Below the pieces are notes generated by a model that searched no databases, was not told the origin of the DNA, and worked only from the letters and a program-made list of their open reading frames with translations. A DNA stretch of 64,000 nt from Kiritimatiellia bacterium (GTDB taxonomy: Bacteria; Verrucomicrobiota; Kiritimatiellia; RFP12; JBMNHG01): the NCBI GenBank assembly GCA_050950285.1, contig JBMNHG010000002.1, positions 248,296 through 312,295 of the forward strand, given 5' to 3'. The stretch's first letter is position 1. Each line of letters opens with the position of its first letter. The position numbers and the translations under genes are program-made. Below, one piece after another: positions 48,959 through 58,700 of this stretch.

Positions 48959-49735
48959 ATGAGGAAGACTCTCTTACTCTTGTGCGCCTCGCTCGCATTT
49001 TCCTTGGTGGGGCTTGCAAATGATGATGCTTTGTTGAAAGCTCTTGCAGCCGGAGATCGCACGGCCAGGAAGAATGCGGCAATGCAGATCGAGCAACGGT
49101 CAGTGAAAGACCTGCTCGCTCTTGCGGAAGAAAGCATTAAGAGCGAGAGCCTTGAACCTTCGGCAGCCATCTATGTCTTCCACCAGATACTGTGTGTTGC
49201 CTCTGAAAAGGGATTCACTGTTCATGATGCCGCTGCGTTGATCAGAATGCCTGGTGCTTCCGAGTTCAGGCAGGCACTTATAGACTGGATTAGAGAATTT
49301 GGAACCAAGAGAATTAATTCCGACGACGCTGCTGGAATGCTTCCTGAGATAGATGCGTATTTCCAGTCCAAGCAGGAGACTTTGCGATTCAGAACAACTG
49401 CACACAAACTGTCACGCGATCTGGCATGGAAGATCCGCGTCGACTTGAACGAGAAGGAGAACATGCAACCTGATCAGCGTGAGAAGATGAAGCAACTTCT
49501 CTGTGGGCATATCGATCACGTCTGCCAAGTTGTTGCCGACAGCACCGAAGCTGATGAAGCTGTTGAGGTATTTGCAGGTTGCGTCCCGTACTATCGCCTC
49601 TATGCTCGCGAGGGACTCTATCAAGATGGCGACCTTCAAGATGCGCTTCAACAAGCTGCCAATCAGAGGAACCGTAGCCCAAAGACGAAGAAGGCTATTC
49701 AGGCAATGATCGCCGAGCTGTGGAAGGCAGAATAG
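48959..49735 (+). CDS. Signal-peptide partner protein 3 (candidate immunity)
   Basis: MRKTLLLLCASLAFSLVGLA signal peptide; lies in a 3'-terminal overlap/abutment with module 3; low GC. Confidence 0.55.
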   Translation: MRKTLLLLCASLAFSLVGLANDDALLKALAAGDRTARKNAAMQIEQRSVKDLLALAEESIKSESLEPSAAIYVFHQILCVASEKGFTVHDAAALIRMPGASEFRQALIDWIREFGTKRINSDDAAGMLPEIDAYFQSKQETLRFRTTAHKLSRDLAWKIRVDLNEKENMQPDQREKMKQLLCGHIDHVCQVVADSTEADEAVEVFAGCVPYYRLYAREGLYQDGDLQDALQQAANQRNRSPKTKKAIQAMIAELWKAE

Positions 49736-49920
49736 GGCCGGACATATTCAAAACTATCAACCAAGGTTATCGTTTCAACCCCGGTTTTGGCCGTTTTCGA
49801 GCGTTTTGCTTCAAAAACGGTCGAAAACGTCGTTTTTCACACGCTCCGTTTTCGAAAAGCGCTTGGTGACAAACCTACCCCGTTTACAAGTTTTCGAGCC
49901 CTTCCTTATAACGCGCGGCG

Positions 49921-50997
49921 ATGTATCTCAAATGTCACTCGCGTCACAAAGACGGCAAAACCCACCACTACTGGAACGTCATGGAGCGTGTCGGCGGCGC
50001 CGACGGGCGTCGCTTCGAGCGCCAGGTGCTCTGTTTGGGAGAGTTGGGCGTCGAGGAGAAGCGCGACTGGGAGGCTCGCATCGAGAGGGTTTCAGGCGGC
50101 GGGCGAAGACCCGGGCGACTGCTTTTCGAGCTGCCCGAGGAGCCGCCCGACGAGCGCCTCGCCGAAGACCGCGCGCCATCCAGGCCCGAAGCCGTCCGAA
50201 TCCGCCTTTCAGGGTTCTCGCTGAAGAACCCGCGCCAGTACGGCGGCTGCTGGCTGTTCTGCACGCTCTGGGGGAAGCTCGGGCTCGACGCGTTCTGGCT
50301 TCCGCTCCTGCCGGCCTCGCGCAAGGGCACCCCGCGGGTTGACGTGCTCAAGATCCTCTGCGCCAACCGGCTCCTCGACCCATCGAGCGAATGGCGCGTC
50401 CACCGGGAGTGGTTCAAGCGCTCGGCCATGGGGGACTTGCTCGGCTGCGGGGAGGAGCTCTCGGCCAAGGACACGCTCTACCGCTACCTGGATCTTCTCC
50501 TCGAGCACAAGGACTCGTTCTTCCAGCACCTGCGCGGGCGCTGGACGGACATGTTCAACGCCTCGTGCGACGTGCTCCTCTGCGACCTAACGAGCACGTA
50601 CTTCGAGAGCGACCCGCCCTTCCCGCCGGGGGACAAGCGCATGCACGGCTACAGCCGGGACCATCGCGGCGACTGCGTGCAGATCGTCATCGCGCTGGTG
50701 ATCACGCCCGACGGGCTCCCCGTGGCCTACGAGGTCATTCACCACAGCCGGGAATCGCGCATCGAAAGCCACGTCTTCGTCGCCTTCATCGCCTACAGCC
50801 TCTCGGCGATCCAGATGATCGACGTGCACTTCCCCATCGGCGACGCCCGGGATTTGGTCTTCTCCCGCTACACCACGCCGGAGGCGGACCAGAAGCTGAT
50901 CCTGGACGCTCTCGGATGGGAGCTTCCCCCGCAGAACCCGCCGAAAATCACGACCGGAGGGAAAGTCGAAACTGGCCGTCTGGCGACAGACTTTTAA
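49921..50997 (+). pseudogene. IS1634/IS4-superfamily transposase, C-terminally truncated remnant
   Basis: Hallmark N-terminus MYLKCHSRHKDGKTHHYWNVMER and the first DDE block LLCDLTSTYFE. At 358 aa it lacks the distal catalytic region of ~550-aa IS1634 transposases. Confidence 0.55.
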
Positions 50998-51059
50998 AAA
51001 GGTTTTGTTGATTTCCAACGACTTACGTCGTCTTTTCCGCTCGAATAGCGAAAGTCCGG

Positions 51060-52562
51060 CTAGAAGTACAAATCGCGTTCGCCGGCGACGATGCGGTTGT
51101 AGCGATCGAGCACCTGCGGATAGATCTTCGGGTACATCTCCCGGATCGCGGCGAGTTCGGATTGGATGACGGGCTCGCATATGCCGAGGCTCTCGGGCGA
51201 GGCGAAGTCGTCGAGCCACTCGCGGAAGGTGAGCACCGCGTTGATCTTGCAGAAGGTGCCTTCCTTGCCGGTCTTCAGGGCGTCCATGATGCAGCCGCCC
51301 GTGCGGCCGCACCGATACCCCGCCGTGCAGAACGACGTGATGATGCCCTTCTTCGCGAGGTCCACGATCATCTGCTCCAGCGACCGGGTGTCGCCCAGAA
51401 GGAACTGCTGCTCGTCGATCTCCTGCCCCGTGCGACCCTCGGAGTAGCCGCCGATGTCGATGCGCGTCCCGGCGTCCATCTGGGTGATGCCGATGGCAAG
51501 GCAGCGGTCGCGAAGCTCCTTGGTCTCGCGCGCGGTGACGATGAGGCCCGTGTACGGCACGGAAAGGCGGAGCACGAGGACGGCCCGGAAGAAGTCGTCG
51601 TCGGTGAAGGAGCTTTTGGCGTTGGCCACGTCCGAACCGGAGGCGGCGTGCATGCGGGGGACCGAGAAGGTGTGCGGGCCGACGTTCGCGAAACGCTCCA
51701 GTTCGCGGGCGTGGGCGCACATGGCGGCGACTTCGAACTTCCAGTCCGGATTAAGCCCGAAGAGCACGCCGAGGCCGACGTCGTCGATGCCGGCGTCGAA
51801 GGCGCGGTGCATGCAGGTGGCGCGCCAGCCGTAGTCGCCCTTCACGGTGTCCGCCGGGTGCATCTCGGCGTAGAGCTTGTGGGAGTAGGTTTCCTGGAAA
51901 ACCTGGAAGGTGCCGATGCCCGCATCGTGGACGATCTTGAGGTCGTCGATCGAAAGCGGGGCGGCATTGACGTTGATGCGGCGGACGTTGCCGACGCCGC
52001 GCCGCGTTTGGACCCGGGCGGAGTAGATGGCGGCGAGCGAATCGGCGATGAAGCGGGCGCCGGTGCACGGGTGTTCCCCGTAGACCGCCATCACGCGCTT
52101 GTGGCCCAGCGCAATCATGGCCTCGGCTTCCCGCCGCGTCTCCTCCAGGGTGAGACAGCGGCGCTTCTCCCTCGGGTTGTCGGCACGGAAGCCGCAGTAC
52201 TTGCAACGGTTCACGCAGTAGTTGCTGATGTACATCGGGGCGAAGGTCACGATGCGATTGTCGTAGACCTTGTGCTTGATCCTGCCGGCGGCATCGGCCA
52301 TTTCGGCGAGCAGCCCGGGATCGTCCACGGCGAGCAGCGTCGCGGTCTCGTCGCCGGAGAGGGTTTCGATGGCCAGGGACTTCGCCAGGATGTCGCGGAC
52401 GCGCGCGGGATCGGGCTGGGCGGCGGCGAGCTGGGCGGAGATTGCGCTGTCGTCGATGAAGTCGCGACCGTCCCGGTAGTAGCGGGTGATTTCGTCGCGC
52501 CGGATTGTCTTGTCGAGGAACTCGCGGACGGCGGTGGAGCTCCCGGTGGAATCGGTGTTCAT
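51060..52562 (-). CDS. Radical SAM enzyme, ThiH/HydG-like (2-iminoacetate synthase family)
   Basis: CVNRCKYCGF CxxxCxxC motif, a BioB/ThiH-like barrel, and an extra C-terminal Cys cluster (SFCTAGYRCGRTGGC...C) as in HydG. ~500 aa. Confidence 0.65.
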   Translation of the reverse strand: MNTDSTGSSTAVREFLDKTIRRDEITRYYRDGRDFIDDSAISAQLAAAQPDPARVRDILAKSLAIETLSGDETATLLAVDDPGLLAEMADAAGRIKHKVYDNRIVTFAPMYISNYCVNRCKYCGFRADNPREKRRCLTLEETRREAEAMIALGHKRVMAVYGEHPCTGARFIADSLAAIYSARVQTRRGVGNVRRINVNAAPLSIDDLKIVHDAGIGTFQVFQETYSHKLYAEMHPADTVKGDYGWRATCMHRAFDAGIDDVGLGVLFGLNPDWKFEVAAMCAHARELERFANVGPHTFSVPRMHAASGSDVANAKSSFTDDDFFRAVLVLRLSVPYTGLIVTARETKELRDRCLAIGITQMDAGTRIDIGGYSEGRTGQEIDEQQFLLGDTRSLEQMIVDLAKKGIITSFCTAGYRCGRTGGCIMDALKTGKEGTFCKINAVLTFREWLDDFASPESLGICEPVIQSELAAIREMYPKIYPQVLDRYNRIVAGERDLYF

Positions 52563-52778
52563 GGAATCCCTTTCATGCGGGAAAACCGCAGAAAAAATAT
52601 CGAACAAAAAGATTACGCGCACGCCACCCGCAAAGCAAATCAAATCAAAAGAGGCTCTTGCAAAACCGCGACCCGGCCGGACGACACAGAGGTCGTCCCT
52701 CCATCCGGCCCGCCGGGGACGGCGGTCCCCAGGCAGGGCGTCCCTCCCGATCCGAGGAGCGGCGTGTCCGGACGGCCC

Positions 52779-55700
52779 TTACCGGATCGTGATCTGGAAG
52801 AAGCGGCAGTCGCCGGGATGGGTATCGACGGCCTCGATCGGGAAGGCGGTGTCCGTGAGCTCGAGTTCGCCGGGCACGCCGCCGGGTTCCGTGTAGCGGA
52901 GCAGCTTGACGACGCCTCGCGCGGTCGTGGGCTTGCCCACGCCATCGACTTCGATCGCGCCACCGATTGTGACGGCGCCCGTCGCCGGGTCGATCGCGAT
53001 GCGGGTGATCCGCAGTTCGATTTCACCGTTCTCGGGCGCAAGGCCCGTGAGATAGCACCGGCCGAGCTGCGTCGCGTCGCCGGTGAAGGCCGAGAGCGCG
53101 GCCTGCCCGTCGGCGTCGGCGCCGAGCGCTGCGAACCACTGGCGGAGGATGTCGTTCGTGGACGCCGCGGCGACCACGGCCTTGGCGGCCGCGTTCGCCG
53201 GCGGGAGGTACAGCGGATGCCACTGCGACGGCTCTGTCACCAGTGCGCCGAACTCGTCGGCCACGAACGAGGCGCCGGTTCCGTCGCACGCGCCATCCCA
53301 CCAGTCGGCATCGACATACAGCGCCTGGCACACTGCGCCGGCGGGATCGGTCACGGAAAGCGCGAGCTTGCCGTTCGTGAGTTTCTCCAGCGGCCAGTAC
53401 CCGGACTTGGCGAGCGTGAGCGCCTTGCCCTTCTTGATGGCGACGGAGTTCGTGATCGTGAGGTGGAGCGACGGGGCGTTCGTGGTCACGACGCCGTTCT
53501 TCTCGCTGACCTTGGCGGCGGTGATCGTGATGTCGGCGAGGTCGATTGCCGCGGCGGCATCGAGGTTCGTGACGACGAGGTATTCCGAGCCGTCGCCTTT
53601 GCCGTCCGCAGTACTGCTCATCACTTCCGCAATGCGGAGCGAGTTGGGCAGCGCCGTGAAGGAGGGCCGCCACTGCGCGCGCTCGAGGATGTTCGTGGCG
53701 GGTTCTTTCGCGATGAAGGACGCGCCCGTGCCATCGCATGCGCCGCCCCACCACGAGGTATCGATGTAGAGCGTCTGGATGGTGGCGCCGGAAGCGGCGT
53801 AGAGCCGTGCGTCGACCTTTCCGTTCGTGATTTTTTGCGTCGGGCCGCTCCAGTATTCCGCCTTCATGCAGGGGATCGATTCGCCAGCCCCGAGGATTTC
53901 GCCGGAAGCGAAGGTGAAGTCGCACTTCGGGGATTCGCCGTGCTTCGCGCAGGTCACGCGCACGCCTTCGAGGTTGACGCCCGCCACGGGGGAGGTGTTG
54001 GTGATGACGATGTATTCGGAACCGTCGCCGCCGCCGTCGGCGGTGCAGCTCATGATCTCGACGATGCGGAGCGCGTCCTCGGGTTCGGCGTACGGGATGG
54101 AGGGTTCCTGCGAGACGACGGCTTCGGTGAGGGCGCTCCATTCGCCCGTCGACGCGTCGTAGGCGCGGGCGAGCACGCGCGTGGGCCTGTCGGAGATGGC
54201 GACGATCGCGTTCACGGAGTCGGCCGCCGTTCCCAGGCTGCAGTCCCAGTAGAGGTCGGACGAGCCGCTGTTGCACTGGTGGACTTCGACCGCGAGGACG
54301 TTCGTGCCGTCACGCAGCAGGTTGACCGGGATCTCGATCGAGTGCTCGTAGTAGGTGTTCTGCTCCGGCGCGCCGACCGTCGTGTTGGCGAACGTGTCGT
54401 ATCCGACATCGCCCGGGTTCATGTGGTGCCGTTCGATCTCGACGCCGTTCAGGTAGAGCACGTAGCCGTCGTCGGCGAGGATGTCGCCGACGAGGCGCGT
54501 GACGGTCGCGGCGTTGGATCCGCCGGGGATGCCGATGGTCTTGCGGAAGTAGGTCGTGATGACCTGCGTGCCGGAATCGCCGTGGTTGATGTAGCGGTGG
54601 GTCGCAGTGCCGACGGCATTGCCGTTGCCACCGACGACGCCGAGGATGCCGTTGCCGTGATCCCAGGACGAATCGTCGAACGCGACGGAATTCCAGGCGT
54701 TGCCGGAGGCGTCGTCGGCGGGCTTGTTGCCCCAGTCGTAGAAGCGCCAATCGGCGTTCTTCGCCACGAGCGCGATCGGCTCGGCGGCATCGCGTGTCAC
54801 GAGCGTGGCGGTGGCGGAAGGCGCATTGCCGTCGCGCGGGTCGGAGCCGTCGGTCGTGTAGTAGAACGGCGTGCCGCACGTGAGCACGAACGGGGTTTCG
54901 GAATCGAGTTGTCCGGAGTAGGCCGAGGCGGAAGGCGCGTCGATGGACGGGAACCAGCCGTGGTTGCGGTAGTGCTGCACGAGATATGGCGTACGGCGGG
55001 AGATGAAGTTCAAGGACGTGGCGCACCCCCGGTTCAGCCACGTGTTGCGGCCCCAGTCGTTGTGGCCCCAGCGCGCGAGTTCGCAGACGACCATGCTGTC
55101 GATCTCGGCCATGCGCTTGCGGAAGCGCCCGGTGGCCTTGGCGGGAGTGAGCGCGCCATCGCCGAAGAGGTGCTTCTGGATCCGGTCGGCGAAAACGGCG
55201 CGGTACTCTGCGTTGTCGAGCAGCTTGTAGTGGAGCTCGGCGGGGTTGAAGGCGCGGAGTTCCCCGAAGGTCTCGGGACGGTAGCCGGTCGTGCCGCGGA
55301 GCAGGCTGTCGGTCTCGGGGCCGCCGCCGAAACCGAGCGAGTGCTCGGCATCGTGGCGGAGCCAGATGAAGCCGGTCGAAGCCCCGGTGCGGTTACGCAG
55401 GCCGTACATGTTGTTCGCCATGTTGTCGGCGGCCGGGGAGTCGTTGTCGACCGCGTAATGGACGTTGATCATGAAGTCCATGAGGTTGGTGGCGTCCACG
55501 AGGACCGGATACGCGGGATTGCGCGTGCCGTCGGGATTCTTGCCGAGTACGCGGTAGTAGTTGTTGGAATAGCTTCCCCCGTAGCCTTCGTTCTCGGTGA
55601 TGTCGCGCAACAGCGTGAAGGCCTCCATGTCGCCGTCGGAGGCGGTCGTCTGGTAGCCCGGCTGCGAGGTCTTGATGAGATCCCAATCGTCGTCGTCGCC

Positions 55701-58700
55701 GCCGAGGTAGGTTTCGGCGTAGTCGGCATCGCCGCGTTCCTCGGTCATGTAGACGCCCCAGTAGACGCCGTTGATGAAGAGGTTGTAGTAGCGCGTGCGC
55801 TTGTAGGGCTGGCCCATGTCGCGCTGGGTGTCGCGCGAGAAGAGCTCATGGATGAGGGTGTCGCTATCGCTTCCCTGGTAGAAGGAGTAGTTCTGCGAGC
55901 AGCGGAGATCGACCTTCTCGAAGCGGTCCGCGCCTTCGTCGCCGAAGAGCGGGAAGTCCAGTGCACCGGAGCCGTATTCGCTGCGGAAGAAGAGGCGGAG
56001 CGAGTGCTTCGCGTAGCCGGGCGAACGGCTGTACGCGCCGCGGATCCGGACGCCCGCGGGCGTGCTGAACTCGTTCGCGGCGCCGTTCACGGGGTCGATC
56101 TGCTCGACGTGGATCGCGCGCTCCCATGCGCGGCCGTCATTGTTCGCGTTCACGTAGATGCCGGTCTGGGCATTGAAGAAGTTGCCGGGATCGGTCACGA
56201 TCGAAAGCGTGCAGACGAAGTTCGTGAAGCCGTCGAGGATGCGGACGGAGTTCGTGAAGCCGTCGAGCAGGAAGGAGCGATCCGGGCCATTGACGATGTC
56301 CGGGTCCATGCCATAGCGCATGGCCTGGCCGTTCACGGCCCCGTTGTCGGGGAAGCCGGGCGGCGTGGAGGTGTCCTGGGCGAGGATGTCGTCGAGGAAG
56401 AGATAGGTCGCGGTGGAGTCGACCTGGAGGATCGAGCGGGGATCCGGCACCGCCGCACGGACGACCGTCGTGGACGAAATCGCGATGGGTGCGGTGTAGC
56501 GGAATCCGTTCGCCGCCGACGGCGCCGTCCCGTCGAAGGTGTAGTAGATCGGGGCGGTGGGGTCGCTTTCGCAGGAGAGGGAAAGCTGGAAGGGCTGCGT
56601 CTTGTAGCCGTGCGGCTCGCTGAAGGTCACGGGGGGCGTCATCTCGGTGTTGCCGTCGTCGCCGTTCGCCTCGCCGGGGGTCGGCAGCCTGAAGTAGTAG
56701 AGGCGGTCCTCGGAAAGGATGCGGACGAGGCGCACGTCGAGGAGGAAGTCGGAGGAGGTGGTCGAGCGGCGAAGCCCGGTCACCACGAGTTCATTGCCGT
56801 TGGTGCGGAGGAGCGAGACCGGCACGTCGTACGCCTCGGGCGTGAGGGCAAGCGTGACGGGGCGATCGGTCGTTGCCGTGGCGTCCGCTTCGGGGATGCC
56901 GTCGGGCGCATTCGAGCGCGCGATTTCGGTGCCGTTGAGCGTGGCGACGAAGCCGTCGGCGTAGCGGATGCGGAGCTCGAGGCGGTCGTCGGGACCGGCC
57001 GTGCCATCGAAATCGAAGAAGGTGCGCCAATCGAGGCGGGATTCTCCGGCCATCGCATCCGACACATCGTTGGCGAGCGCGCTCGAAAGCGCGCCGGCGT
57101 GCACGATCGGGCCGGAGGGATCGCCGACCAGCTTGAAGGCGCTGGTCCAGTTCTCCTGGAATCCCTGGGCGACGGAGAAGTCGCAGGCGGAACCGCCGCC
57201 GCCCTCGAACATCACGAAGCGGACGTTGTATGCGCCCGCTTCGGGGAAGTTGAAGGTGAAGAGCGACTGCGTATAGCCGCGCCCCGTGGCGTATTCGCCG
57301 ACAAAATCGACGCCATGGCCGGAAATCCTGGCGCGGAACCCATCGTCGGTGCCAGCGGCGAAGGTCCACAGTCCGGGGGACGGGACATAGATCACGCCAT
57401 CGGCGGCGAGCACGAAGTTGTCCATCGTGTCGCCCGTGGAGGTTGTGCCCGGGAATGGATTCGCGGTGTAGTTCATGCCGCTTCCGTTGGCGAAGGCGAT
57501 GGTCTGGAAGTCCGCGTGGACGGGGTCGGCGGCCCACCTCGAACGATCGGCCACGCATGCCTCGGCGGTATCGATGTCGCCGAGGCCGACGTTCATGCGA
57601 TAGAGGGTGCAGGCGAAGGCGCCGGGCGTAGTCGAGAAGCCGACACCGCCGGTGATGGAGTGCCAGTCGCCGGCATCGGCCACGCGGTATTCCGCCGCGG
57701 CATCGGCATCGGCCAGCTGCTCGTAGTCGCGGGCATAGCCGTAGGAGAAGTCCTTGATCTGCGGACCGAAGGAGAACTGCGAGACGATGTCGCCCTCGGC
57801 GCGCGCGAGCGCGACGGCTTCGCCATCGGCGGAGAACCCGATGTCGACATGGACTTCGCCATTCGTCCAGCCCGTGTAGCCGTAGTCGTCGCCCCAGACG
57901 ATGAGATATCCCTCGGCCGGGATGACCGTGTCCGTGGGGAGTTCCTTCCACTTCGACCACTTCTTTGAGGGATCGTCCGTCATGCGCCAGCCGGAGAGAT
58001 CGACCGCCACCGGATTCGGGTTGTAGAGTTCGACCCAGTCGGAATCGTCGCCGTCGGCGGTGAGGAGCGTGGTGCCATTGCTCGCCATGATTTCGTTGAT
58101 CCTGACTTCAAGGCCGGTGGCTGGAGTCGTGAAGGTTCCGGAGACGGCGTCGGAAGCCGCGCCCATGTTGTTCGACGCGATCATCGAATAGGCGTATGTC
58201 GAATCGCCTTCGAGCCCGAGAATGCGGAATGTCGCGGTGTCGCCGGAGTCGAGGCCTGTCGCGACTTGCCCGTAATCGCCGAGCGAGGCGGCGTCGGGAC
58301 CGTATGCGAAATGGAAGGACGCGTTCGTCGCGGCGGTACCCGCGTAATCGCATGCCACGGTGAACACGGCGCGGTCGATGTCGCCGCCCGTGTGCTCGAC
58401 CGTGAAGCGCGGCCCGGAGAGGACCGGCACGCCGATCGCCTCGATTTCCGCATAGAAGGCGCCCAGCGATTCCTGGGCGCCGAAGTTGACGCGGATGCCG
58501 ACGATGCGGTGGCCGAGGGGTTCGCCATCGGAATCGGAGAGCACGGCGAGGTTCTGGCCGACACTGTCGGGCGCCTCATAGCTGATGGCGGAGCCAGGGA
58601 GGATCGACCACGTCCCGTCCTCGGCCTGGACCTCGATCGAGTCGATGTCGATCCGGTCCTTCGACGTGTCGTTCCACTGCGAATAGAAGCGGAGCGACAG

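Noticed and set aside
51162-57968. 2268-aa ORF on the plus strand
   Set aside because: Entirely antisense to the well-supported CotH/LTD giant gene and the HydG-like gene. Low-complexity G/A/R/V composition and no domains.
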